Origin: an uncultured Cytophagia bacterium
GTDB taxonomy: Bacteria > Zhuqueibacterota > Zhuqueibacteria > Thermofontimicrobiales > Thermofontimicrobiaceae
Reading direction: 5' to 3'
NCBI GenBank assembly: GCA_964647995.1
Contig: CAZYNP010000028.1
Coordinates: 1,151 to 65,150, forward strand
DNA: 64,000 bases
How positions within the stretch are numbered: position 1 is the stretch's first letter; each line of letters begins with the position of its first letter. The notes under the pieces are model-generated. The model did not search any database, was not told the DNA's origin, and was given only the letters and a program-made list of their open reading frames with translations. Shown piece after piece: positions 1 through 8,895 of this stretch. Position numbers and translations under genes: made by a program.

Positions 1-397
1 TCAATCGCACTTCGGGCGAACGGGGAGCGAGCGCCACAGCGCTGTCCATGGCGGCAAAGCCCTGTTTCATGTACTTCATTTTCTCCCAGGGCAAAAAGGC
101 CTCCCTGGCCTTCATGGTCAAGACCGAGCCGTAGTACACCAGCGCCACAGCATGTTGCGGTTCGATTTTCAACAGTCTCGATAAATAATTTTCTGCCTGT
201 TCGACAGCCGCCTCATCCTCTTCGACACCTGCCAGATCGTGATAGGCTTTGCCAAGTTTCAACAGCAGTTCGGTATTATTGGTATCCGCTGCAAGTTGTT
301 TTTCCCACTGGGGAATCTGGGCCAACAGATAGCCCGAACCGAGCATTCCGACCAGAACGATGGTTTGAACGAACATATAAATTCTGTTTCGCATCAT
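1..397 (-). CDS. Partial CDS running off the window edge. It encodes a secreted TPR-like protein with an N-terminal signal/TM segment (MMRNRIYMFVQTIVLVGMLGSGYLLAQ...).
   Basis: Manual reverse-complement translation from the ATG at about 395-397 gives a hydrophobic N-terminus followed by TPR-like helical repeats (LLKLGKAYHDLAG, AENYLSRLLKIEP). No in-frame stop occurs before position 1. The ORF track does not list it because it is truncated. Confidence 0.45.
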   Translation of the reverse strand, partial: MMRNRIYMFVQTIVLVGMLGSGYLLAQIPQWEKQLAADTNNTELLLKLGKAYHDLAGVEEDEAAVEQAENYLSRLLKIEPQHAVALVYYGSVLTMKAREAFLPWEKMKYMKQGFAAMDSAVALAPRSPEVRL

Positions 398-672
398 AGC
401 CCTCCGTGTTTTGATTGGAAATGAATTTTGAATTTCGGTGGATAAAGATAATGATTTTGGGAAGAAAAAAAATCAAAAAGCGATGGAGGAAGATTTTAAT
501 AGGATAAAGCAGTGGATTTGAGGGATGAGATAAAAAATTATTTGTTTTAGGATGATCTGCTATGAGTGAAGTGAGCTACAGGTTAACTGATAAGAATGCT
601 TACCAATAATCTCTATCGAGTAAAAAATTGCCAGATGTGTCTTCAAGCTAATGATATTTAAATCTTATTCTG

Positions 673-1077
673 CTAAAGTTCTTCCATTTTTTTTGAACGA
701 GGTTTAATAATATAAGCAAACGGTTTTTTGGTTTTACGTGCCGCCTGCTTAATATCAGACCATGAGATAATAATTTTCTCAACCATTTGCCAGTAGGTGT
801 AGCCTTTTTTTGAAGGAGGTTTCAGAAAGATCACTCCCATTTGGTATTTTCTGTATAATTCTCTTTGATGCCTGGTGCGTTGTATATTCAAGTCCTGGGT
901 AATTACAACACCATTCTCATTCGCTATTTTTACAATCCATGTTTCATCACGAGATCCTCGTCCAAAAACATCGGATAGATTGCTCGCTTCAATATTTTCA
1001 TGAGCAAAGGGGCTTTGTAATATATTAAGGGCATTTGCTATTTGGGGTGGAATGTTTTCATCAAAATAAATTTTCAT
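673..1077 (-). CDS. DUF5615-family PIN-like toxin component (MKIYFDENIP... N-terminus).
   Basis: The N-terminus MKIYFDENIPPQIANAL matches the characteristic MxFLxDENxP start of DUF5615 proteins. It is about 134 aa and its start overlaps the stop of the upstream DUF433 gene by 4 nt (ATGA). Confidence 0.6.
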   Translation of the reverse strand: MKIYFDENIPPQIANALNILQSPFAHENIEASNLSDVFGRGSRDETWIVKIANENGVVITQDLNIQRTRHQRELYRKYQMGVIFLKPPSKKGYTYWQMVEKIIISWSDIKQAARKTKKPFAYIIKPRSKKMEEL

Positions 1078-1754
1078 GCAGCCATCCTTTGTTCATACAT
1101 GACGGCGTCGTCAATGTCACTTATCTTTAAATTATAAATTGAAGCAAGGTACTCTTTTTTTTCTCCCGCTGATAGTAATTTAATCAAAGAATTTGTGGTA
1201 ATATTGGTACCAGAGATTATAGGTTGCCCGAAACAATGATGAGGATCAACCACAACAGCATGATCTTTTCCTAAAGGCCAATAGCGTTCAGCTAATTGGG
1301 TTTCTCCATTAAAATCGATTTTTTTGCAAAATGGCTCAATGATTTTTTTAAAAGACTGTTGTAATGATTTGTTTAAATCAATAAGAATAGAATCATTATA
1401 ATCCCAGAAGATCAGTTTACCATCACTCATTAATCTTGATATGGCGAACGGATAGGCGAAGTTTTGCAATTTGGTTAGTTGGTCATGAGCTATCTTGATT
1501 TTTTTAAATGAGACACCAATTTGTCTTAGAGCATGGACGGTAATAATTTCAATCAGGGTATAAAAATTGAAAGCCTTATTTCGTTGTTCTCCCCAGGTAT
1601 AGGTCATGTCGCTGTTATTGATAAAATCAGATTCCCAATATTTTTTAACCCATCTTCCAATTAAGCTTTTGGGGAGACCTAAAATTATTGAAGCTTCAGG
1701 TATTGTAAATATCCCTTCCCCAATTGAAGGTTCAGCTTTTAAATCAATTAACAT
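1074..1754 (-). CDS. DUF433-domain antitoxin-like protein with an N-terminal extension of about 150 aa.
   Basis: The C-terminal segment DPHHCFGQPIISGTNITTNSLIKLL resembles the DUF433 core (CxGKPxIRGTRI). The gene is translationally coupled to the downstream DUF5615 gene, a classic DUF433/DUF5615 pairing. Confidence 0.55.
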   Translation of the reverse strand: MLIDLKAEPSIGEGIFTIPEASIILGLPKSLIGRWVKKYWESDFINNSDMTYTWGEQRNKAFNFYTLIEIITVHALRQIGVSFKKIKIAHDQLTKLQNFAYPFAISRLMSDGKLIFWDYNDSILIDLNKSLQQSFKKIIEPFCKKIDFNGETQLAERYWPLGKDHAVVVDPHHCFGQPIISGTNITTNSLIKLLSAGEKKEYLASIYNLKISDIDDAVMYEQRMAA

Positions 1755-1892
1755 GCTATCTCCTTAAATTTAGCTTGATGGCTAAAAAAATATATAAAAA
1801 TTTTATTTATTTGTCAAGTAATAAATCAACAGAGTACAATAATATTTAAACATGAAGAATTTATGACAGAGCTATCTGGCGCCCAATGAACA

Positions 1893-2267
1893 ACTAACAA
1901 ATCTGTTGACGCTATTTTTTTCTTATATTAAACTGAACTTATTTCAGTTCAATTATCCAATTATATGAACTCGATTCAATTCACTATGAGGAAAATTGCT
2001 CTCAGGAATTTTACAGGCGCTGGCGGACTGGAATCAATAATGGGAAACGGGAGAGATTTTGTGAGGGTGGAAAAATAGTTTTTCTATGTGCAAAACTGGA
2101 TGATCCCAAAATCAAGCAAAGGGAAATAAATAGCTTGCTCGCCGCCATGGATGAGTTCGATGTAACCGAAGGTCTGATCTTAACCCTGGATGAATCAGGA
2201 TCGGAAAAGATCGGCGACAAAAGGATTCGCTGGCAGTCGATCTGGCAATGGCTATTGGAATAGCTAA
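1893..2267 (+). repeat. Direct repeat copy A, about 375 bp and about 95% identical to 3704..4086. It contains a frame-shifted remnant of an AAA+ ATPase (DUF4143-type) C-terminus.
   Basis: By-eye alignment of 1893-2267 with 3704-4086 shows a shared TTGAC...T-rich leader followed by sequence encoding ...KIVFLCATLDDPKIKQREINSLLAAMDEFDVTEGLILTLDESGSEK.GDKRIRWQ.IW.WLLE. In copy A the reading frame is broken near the start (MRKIALRNFTGAGGLESIMGNGRDFVRVEK*). Confidence 0.8.
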
Positions 2268-2322
2268 TCATCTCGCCAAATATTTGCTTGACAATTTGAG
2301 ATTATTTATGTATTTTACTTTT

Positions 2323-3516
2323 ATGACAAACGAAGAATTAATAAACCTGATCGCCAGCGGCGAGGATAGCAAGACACAATTTAAACTTAAATTTGAGAAC
2401 ATTGATAAATTATCTGCTGAAATCGCTGCCATGGCCAATTCCGAAGGTGGAATAATTGTAGTAGGTGTTGGCGATAATGGCGAGATTGTCGGCGTGGAAG
2501 ACCTTCCTAAATTAAATCAATGGATTTCCAATGCTGCTTCTCAAAAAATTCTGCCACCCATTCAGGTCATTACGGATAATGTGATTTACCAAAATAAACT
2601 GGTAGTTTGTATAAAAGTCCCATTGGGTACCAATAAACCTTATGCGGTGAACCAAACTGACTTTTGGGTGAAAGTTGGTGCCGATAAGCGCCGTGCCACT
2701 CGTGAGGAACTGCAGCGATTGATGCAGGCTGCTGCCATATTGCATGCAGATGAAAAATCTGTCATGGGAACAAGCATCAACGATTTAAACTTAGCGTTAT
2801 TTCAAGATTTTTATTTCGAGGAATATGAGCAAGAATTGCCTGAAAATCCCAATGAGGTAGCAACCATACTATCGAATTTGAAATTATTAAAAGAGGGACA
2901 AGCGACGCTGGCGGGGCTATTATTGTTCGGCAAAAAACCCGAGATAATCCTGCCACAATTTGTAATCAAAGCAGTCTGTTTTGTGGGAGAAGATGAAAGC
3001 GAAAATTCATTTATCGATAAAATTACAATTGGCGATATCCTTTCCTCTCAATTCCTGAACACCATGGCTTTTTTTAAGAGGAATCTGAAATATGTTCAGC
3101 GCAATGATTCGTCATTTAATGTAGCGGGTGAGCTGGAAATCCCCGTACGGGCTTTGGAAGAAGCGGTTACCAATGCCCTGCTCCATCGGGACTATTTGAT
3201 CCAAAGCAGCATCCGCATTTTTATTTTCAGAAATCGTATTGAAATTATAAGCCCAGGTGTACTTCCCAATACTGTGACCATTGAAAACATCAAACAAGGG
3301 ATACAGGTCGCCCGCAATCCAATATTGCTGTCTTTTGCTGCTAAATTAAGCCGACATAGGTATGAGGAATTGGGGCTGAAAATTCCATATAGCGGCATTG
3401 GTACGGGGATCAAACGAATTTTGAAAGAATGCAAAAATGCGGGAATTGCCCCGCCAGAATTCATTGAGGATCGGATCACGGGTCAATTCAAGGTGATTTT
3501 TGCTCGAAAAATATAA
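2323..3516 (+). CDS. ATP-binding protein with a divergent AAA (AlbA_2/Schlafen-like) N-terminal domain and a HATPase_c_4 (RecG C-terminal-like) domain.
   Basis: The N-terminus MTNEELINLIASGEDSKTQFKLKF...MANSEGGIIVVGVGDNGEIVGV is the AlbA_2 hallmark. The C-terminus EEAVTNALLHRDY...ISPGVLPN is HATPase_c_4-like. The start is taken at the ATG at 2323 rather than the upstream in-frame ATG at 2248. Confidence 0.7.
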   Translation: MTNEELINLIASGEDSKTQFKLKFENIDKLSAEIAAMANSEGGIIVVGVGDNGEIVGVEDLPKLNQWISNAASQKILPPIQVITDNVIYQNKLVVCIKVPLGTNKPYAVNQTDFWVKVGADKRRATREELQRLMQAAAILHADEKSVMGTSINDLNLALFQDFYFEEYEQELPENPNEVATILSNLKLLKEGQATLAGLLLFGKKPEIILPQFVIKAVCFVGEDESENSFIDKITIGDILSSQFLNTMAFFKRNLKYVQRNDSSFNVAGELEIPVRALEEAVTNALLHRDYLIQSSIRIFIFRNRIEIISPGVLPNTVTIENIKQGIQVARNPILLSFAAKLSRHRYEELGLKIPYSGIGTGIKRILKECKNAGIAPPEFIEDRITGQFKVIFARKI

Positions 3517-3521
3517 TTATT

Positions 3522-3548
3522 GTAGGACAAGATGCCATCTTGTCCTAC
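3522..3548. terminator. Perfect 13-bp-arm palindrome (gtaggacaagatg c catcttgtcctac) immediately 3' of the AlbA_2 gene; likely a terminator hairpin.
   Basis: The inverted repeat is visible in the sequence. A T-rich run follows on the minus strand and a weaker one on the plus strand. Confidence 0.45.
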
Positions 3549-3703
3549 AAAGCATAGCCCCCCAAAATCTGCCTGGTAATATTATCGGGCGTTATGCGTT
3601 TATGTATTAGGTTATTCGCCATAAGCTTTGCAGCCGACGCCAGCCTCCCTCTCACGTTCATCTTATTTGACTCCCGATTAAAATTATTGAATGGCTACAA
3701 AAA

Positions 3704-4086
3704 ATAACTGACAAATGTGTTGACCAGAAGTTTTTTTTCTTTTATTAAGCTGAACTGATTCCGATTCAATTATTCATGTGTGTAAACTCGATTCAATTCA
3801 CTATGAGAAAAAATTGCACTCAGGAATTTTACAGGCGCTGGCGGACTGGAATCTATAACGGGAAACAGGAGAGATTTTGTGAGGGTGGAAAAATAGTTTT
3901 TCTATGTGCAACACTGGATGATCCCAAAATCAAGCAAAGGGAAATAAATAGCTTGCTCGCCGCCATGGATGAGTTCGATGTAACCGAAGGTCTGATCTTA
4001 ACCCTGGATGAATCAGGATCGGAAAAGCTCGGCGACAAAAGGATTCGCTGGCAGCCGATCTGGAAATGGCTTTTGGAATAGCTAAT
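3704..4086 (+). repeat. Direct repeat copy B, paired with 1893..2267.
   Basis: See copy A. This copy retains an intact 101-aa ORF (3776..4081) encoding the ATPase C-terminal fragment. Confidence 0.8.
3776..4081 (+). pseudogene. C-terminal fragment of an AAA+ ATPase (DUF4143 family). It is a gene remnant lacking the ATPase core.
   Basis: The 101-aa ORF ends ...GLILTLDESGSEKLGDKRIRWQPIWKWLLE, the typical C-terminal tail of DUF4143 ATPases. Compare the intact member at 60077..61417 (...IPIEVKSG...LKIFLDEHP...). There is no Walker A/B upstream. Confidence 0.55.
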
Positions 4087-4152
4087 GGCTTCTTTTGAAT
4101 TCGCGATGATTTTGATCTACCTTAGCATCAAAAAAACCTGAACGGGCTGCAG

Positions 4153-4196
4153 AAAAGAATAAAAACCCTTCCGAAGGTTCCAAACCTTCAGAAGGG
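4153..4196 (-). terminator. Rho-independent terminator for the minus-strand gene ending at 4219.
   Basis: The 12-bp stem cccttccgaagg/ccttcagaaggg (one G-U wobble) has a ttccaaa loop and is followed on the minus strand by a U-tract (plus-strand aaaagaataaaaa). Confidence 0.6.
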
Positions 4197-4218
4197 TCAC
4201 GTAATCATTTGAAACGGA

Positions 4219-5595
4219 TTATTTCTTCAATTTTTCCAGCGCCCTTTTGGCATCTTCATAGCTGGAATCTAACTGCAGTGCTGCCTCATACGCTTGTTGC
4301 GCAGCCGCTTTATCACCCTTGAGCTCATAAAGTGCCCCCAGCCGAAAATGAGCGTTGGCCCAGGTGGGTTGATTCTCCCCTGGCTCATGCTGCAAATACA
4401 ACTTCAGGCATTCGATCCCTCGTTCCAGATTGGCCCCCGAAAAAACCGCTGTGCGACCGATCTGATACAAAGCAGGATAATAGTCGGGGTGATTTTTGAT
4501 GATCATTTCAAAAATTTTGAAGGCATTATCGTATTGCTTCTTTTGCTGATACAAAAAGCCAACCTGCATCTCGATTTCGATGGTTTGCTCATGATTATTT
4601 TTGATGAGTTCCTGGACCAGGTGCTCTACCTTTTGAGTGTCGCCTTTTTCCAGCAAAATATTGGCATAGGATGAGGCAAAATAACGATCAATTTTGCCAA
4701 CATTCCCGTTAATGACGCGATCGGCCAGCTCGACCCCTCGATCATAATTACTTTTTGAACTGAGGCAATACATGAGGTAAGACCTGACGAGCATTTGGCT
4801 CTCAGGAAATTTCGATATTAATTGGTCGAAAACTTTACTTGCTTTTTCCGACTGCTCTTTATTCACCAGGCTGCGATAAAAATCTCCAAAAACCACATCC
4901 AGAAATTGGCTAGTGGGAAATTCAGTGGCAAACTCCAGCACGGCTTCGGGACCTGAATAAGTGGCGGCAAAGCGAGCCAATTCATAAGCGGAAACCTCGG
5001 CGCTATCTTTGCCAAACGGCAACATGACTTGCCTGGCTCGTTCTGGCTGGCTCAATATTTTTTGAGCGAACTCCGCCATCTTTTCAAAGGCAAAATTCGA
5101 GCGGTACTTTTCCACCAGCCGAGCCAGAACTGCCACCTCTGCAGGATCTTTTTCATAAGCCTGCATTAAATTCAAGAAGTTGTTTTCACCGTGGTAGGTT
5201 TTTTCCAATGTATCCTTGAATTTTTCGGGAGGTGGGTCATAGCCTAGCACCCGATCGATTTCCTGGCCGTCGGCGGTAACGACCATCACCGTCGATGTGG
5301 CTCGAACCGAGAATTTTTTATAAATCTCATCTCCGTCAGGTTGACCCCGATGGGCGCGAAATAGCAGAAAATTTTGGGTGAGATAGGGATGAAATTGTTC
5401 ATCCTGGAAGAATTGCTTGTCCAGCAATCGGCAGCCACCTCAGCCAGCCGAGTAAAAATCGATCAGAATCTTCTTGCCGTCCTTCGCCGCCGTCGCCATC
5501 GCCTCATCGAATGATCCTTTGAACCAGAGTTCATTCTGAGCAAATAACGGTAGGGCGAAGACCAGAAGGATCAACAGCATCAACGGTTTTTTCAT
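4219..5595 (-). CDS. Candidate selenoprotein with a signal peptide, a thioredoxin-fold (Thioredoxin_7/DUF255-like) domain and C-terminal TPR repeats. An in-frame UGA at 5440..5442 is read as selenocysteine (FYSAG-U-GGC-R).
   Basis: The track ORF (4219..5427) starts at TTG. Manual translation upstream in the same frame gives MKKPLMLLILLVFALPLFAQNELWFKGSFDEAMATAAKDGKKILIDFYSAG-TGA-GGCRLLDKQFF... from the ATG at 5593-5595. The TGA falls at the first Cys of the expected CxxC motif. A 6-7 bp hairpin with a GGACA apical loop lies 11 nt downstream of the UGA (CGAUUGCU GGACA AGCAAUU), consistent with a bacterial SECIS element. Confidence 0.55.
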
Positions 5596-5907
5596 TCCTC
5601 GCTCCTGATTTTGGTTCATGATTGAATAGCTGGATTCGGTTATTTAATTAATCAGCCAATACCGTGGGCCACTACGCATTGACCTGACCTGGCCTGTTCA
5701 CGCCAGACCCTGGAATCGTTCCCGAAAAAATCGTTATCCGGGAGCTATGGCAACAAAATAACCCTAAATTAATTCAAAAAGCAACCAGAAATTATTGAAA
5801 TTTGGGAGCACATCAAATTTAGAAAAAAATATTCAACCGATGGCCCAAATCGCAGCCCATTCATCCCAGAACCATTCTGGCACCGGGGTGACGGAATTGA
5901 GCTCAAG

Positions 5908-7071
5908 CTATTTGATCACTAAATTGAGTCCCGTAAACCTGGTGCCAGTTAGCGGATGATCGTTCTCAATTTCAAATTTGCTCCATTGGTATTGCAGGTC
6001 GAAATGATCGGTGACCAGGCGGAGGGTTCGACTCTCCGGGAAAAACCGAGACGCCAATTTCAGCCACCCGGCCAGACCCACACCAATGCCTCTGGTGGTA
6101 TAGCGAACCTGGCCATCCAGATCTTCGTATCTCCCCTGTTGCAAATACACTACTTCCAGGAAATTGATCTGCCAGCCTAGCATTTGAATACTACTGAAAT
6201 TATTTATGAGCAAATCTTCTTCCTCAGTCGCCCATTGGAACGAACTGAGCGTCCAATCCAGGTTGCGCTGCCGCAGGATCATGCCCAGATCGAAACTCAA
6301 GCCCACCCGGGCCGTGCGTGGCAGAGGATCGGACTGAGAAGCCTCGATGTAGGTAATTTCGTCTCCGATATTCCTCATGGCATAGGCCAGCTTGGTAGTG
6401 ACAAACGGCTGCAGGATGCCATGTTTGGATAAGGAAATCGCCAGCGGTTGGCGAATTAAATCCAGCACTGGAACCTGCGCTATGGCGCCGATGTCGAAAG
6501 CGGTCGCTTCGGCCTTGATATCTTTCCATTTTTCCTGCGAAAAGGTTTTCCCCAATCGGCTATCGATTAATTTGATGCTCAGCCCGAAACCCGCTGTAAT
6601 TGCGCCTTGCCAGCCCAAACCGATGGTAATGGCCTCCGATTTTTCCCAGACTTTAAAGGGGCCAAATACCTCACCAGCAGCGTTCTCACAACTTTGGCTT
6701 CCGAGGTCCAGGTATGTTCTTTGAAAACCGATGCCAGCGCTCAGCGCTCCCGGCAATTTAAACCCCACGTTAAAAGCTTTGTTATCGTAAAAAATATCAT
6801 TCGTAATGGCAGGCAACCAGCTCACTCGCTGCGGATAAAAGCCCATCGAAAATCGATGGTTCAGAGAAAAGAGGCCCAGGGTGGCAGGATTATAGAATGC
6901 GATCATGGCGTCCGTTTCGGGCAGGCTCAGAAAAGTCTGTCCCAAGCCATTGGCACGAGGGGACGGGGAAATCAGCAAGAACAAGCAGGCGGCATCGGAT
7001 GCGGCGAAACCAGTGCTCGCCAAAAAACAGATCGCAATAAGAGCCATCAGGACGAGTTTTAGGGTTTTCAT
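5908..7071 (-). CDS. Outer-membrane beta-barrel protein of the PorV/PorQ-like (FadL-like) family; T9SS-associated.
   Basis: It has a signal peptide. The N-terminal motif SPRANGLGQTF...DAMIAFYNPATLG resembles the ARAxALGGA...NPAGL signature of PorV/PorQ/PorP-type barrels, and the size is 387 aa. Other T9SS cargo proteins lie in the window. Confidence 0.45.
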   Translation of the reverse strand: MKTLKLVLMALIAICFLASTGFAASDAACLFLLISPSPRANGLGQTFLSLPETDAMIAFYNPATLGLFSLNHRFSMGFYPQRVSWLPAITNDIFYDNKAFNVGFKLPGALSAGIGFQRTYLDLGSQSCENAAGEVFGPFKVWEKSEAITIGLGWQGAITAGFGLSIKLIDSRLGKTFSQEKWKDIKAEATAFDIGAIAQVPVLDLIRQPLAISLSKHGILQPFVTTKLAYAMRNIGDEITYIEASQSDPLPRTARVGLSFDLGMILRQRNLDWTLSSFQWATEEEDLLINNFSSIQMLGWQINFLEVVYLQQGRYEDLDGQVRYTTRGIGVGLAGWLKLASRFFPESRTLRLVTDHFDLQYQWSKFEIENDHPLTGTRFTGLNLVIK

Positions 7072-7528
7072 TTTTCACTCCTTCTGATCGGTTAACTTTG
7101 GACTGCGACGTTTAATTTATTAAACTCTGGACAACTTCCACAGGTTTCCGCAATTATTCAATATTGCCTGAACTCAACCAACCGAATTACCGAAAGACAA
7201 CAGCAGATGAGATCGGTATCCGTTTTCCAGTCCGGTAATTCGATTTTCTGTTCATCACACCTGACGGCCAAAAATTGCTTGACAATCATTGATAAAAATT
7301 GTATCTTTCCAGCCTTTTGAAACCACCGGATGTTAGCGAATTTTGATATAGTTATCGCTATACCGCCTGGAAGTTTTTTTTGGCCACGGATGTTAAATTC
7401 AGAGCGGTTGGGATCGAATTTGGGGGATGGTTCTGGTGTGCATTTAGTTCTTCATTATCTGGGCAATTAGATTCAAGGCGATATCGAATCCGGTGAAACT
7501 ATTCACTTTCTGCTACTGGAGATTTGAA

Positions 7529-8557
7529 ATGAGACGATTAGCGAAACTTTGGCAGCGCGGAAAAGATTTTTTAGGGGTGGAAATACCCATCATGGCCGGC
7601 GCTATGACCTGGATTTCGGATCACCGACTGGTGACAACGGTCTGTAATCATGGCGCATTCGGCTGCATGGCCGGGGGCAATATGCCACCGGAAGCTTTTT
7701 CGCAAGAGATCGATAAAATCAAGCGACTAACCGATAAGCCCTTCGCGGTGAATTTGATCACTATTGCGCCGAATTATCAGGAACATCTACGCATTGCGGC
7801 GACCAAACAGGTGCCGTTCATTATTTTCGCCGGCAGCATTCCCAAGGGGTCTGAAATCAAAATCGCCAAAGACAGCGGCGCCAGAGTTCTGGCCTTTGCC
7901 TCCAACGAAAGCATCGCCGAAAGGATGCTCGCTTCCGGCGTGGATGCGCTGATTCTGGAAGGGAGCGAAGCCGGTGGCCATATTGGGCATGTGTCGCTGA
8001 TTATTTTACTGCAACAGGTGCTTTTCACCATCCAGGATAAGCCGGTTTTCGTAGCGGGAGGCATCGCCACCGGCAAATTGATGGCACATCTGCTGTTGAT
8101 GGGAGCCGCAGGGATTCAGATGGGCACACGCTTTGTGATGACCGAAGAGTGTCAGGTGCATCCCAAATTCAAAGAGGCATTTATCAAAGCCAAAGCCCGA
8201 GACGCCGTGGCCACACCTGCCGTGGGTTCGGAATTGAATGTGGTCGCAGTTCGTGCCATTCGCAATAAAGGGATGGCTGAATTTGCTGATCTCCAGATGG
8301 ATTTGATTCAAAAACATCGTCGAGGAGAAATTACCAAAAAAGATGCTCAGTATCAGGTGGAGAATTATTGGGTCGGTGCACTGCGTCGGGCAGTTCAGGA
8401 CGGTGACGTAGATTATGGGTCATTGATGGCTGGTCAAAGTGTGGGGTTGGTCCATAAAGTCCAACCCATGAAAGAGATGTTTGACGAAATCATCGGCGAA
8501 GCCGAAGCTGAACTCGAAAGCATTTATCAACGGTTAGGGTGCGAAGCTGCAGTTTGA
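7529..8557 (+). CDS. Nitronate monooxygenase / NPD-family (FabK-like) flavin oxidoreductase.
   Basis: LGVEIPIMAGAMTWISDHRLVTTVCNHGAFGCMAGG and GSEAGGHIG motifs are typical of the 2-nitropropane dioxygenase family. A GGAG ribosome-binding site precedes the ATG at 7529; the track ORF begins upstream at 7493. Confidence 0.7.
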   Translation: MRRLAKLWQRGKDFLGVEIPIMAGAMTWISDHRLVTTVCNHGAFGCMAGGNMPPEAFSQEIDKIKRLTDKPFAVNLITIAPNYQEHLRIAATKQVPFIIFAGSIPKGSEIKIAKDSGARVLAFASNESIAERMLASGVDALILEGSEAGGHIGHVSLIILLQQVLFTIQDKPVFVAGGIATGKLMAHLLLMGAAGIQMGTRFVMTEECQVHPKFKEAFIKAKARDAVATPAVGSELNVVAVRAIRNKGMAEFADLQMDLIQKHRRGEITKKDAQYQVENYWVGALRRAVQDGDVDYGSLMAGQSVGLVHKVQPMKEMFDEIIGEAEAELESIYQRLGCEAAV

Positions 8558-8567
8558 TCCAAAAATT

Positions 8568-8600
8568 ACTGACCGGTCGTTTTTAGCGACCGGTCAGTTT
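8568..8600. terminator. Bidirectional terminator hairpin between the convergent NMO and dodecin genes.
   Basis: A 12-bp perfect inverted repeat (actgaccggtcg / cgaccggtcagt) has a tttttag loop and T-rich flanks. Confidence 0.55.
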
Positions 8601-8656
8601 CAATACGATACCAACTGGTGTGACAATACGGGAAAATGCTTGGGCGGTATGAAAAG

Positions 8657-8848
8657 CTACTTCACTTCTGCTGCCACTTTTAATTTCACCTGAAATTCAA
8701 CCTCATTCCCCTTGACCGCGCCTCGCTCTTCCACAATTTCGAACCAATATAGCTTATGGCCACCCTCCAAGAGCTTCTTAACCGCACTTTTTACCGCGTC
8801 TGAAAAACTAACGTTTGATATGCCAACCACTTCCATCATGTGGATCAT
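8657..8848 (-). CDS. Dodecin family flavin-binding protein.
   Basis: It is a 63-aa protein and the tail ...VEFQVKLKVAAEVK matches the dodecin C-terminus. It sits in a redox gene cluster. Confidence 0.55.
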   Translation of the reverse strand: MIHMMEVVGISNVSFSDAVKSAVKKLLEGGHKLYWFEIVEERGAVKGNEVEFQVKLKVAAEVK

Positions 8849-8895
8849 GTTATTTCTCCTTCATTTCATCTTGCTTATTTTGTGTATTACCAGTT

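Noticed and set aside
2011-2271. 86-aa minus-strand ORF, and 3853-4038 (minus strand) within the direct repeats.
   Set aside because: They lie antisense to the ATPase-remnant reading frame within a duplicated segment. The plus-strand remnant has recognisable homology and these do not.
4219-5427. Treating the TTG-initiated 402-aa ORF as the complete gene.
   Set aside because: The same frame continues upstream through a single TGA to an ATG with a textbook signal peptide and the missing half of the thioredoxin-fold motif. UGA read-through as Sec, or else a pseudogene, explains the sequence better.
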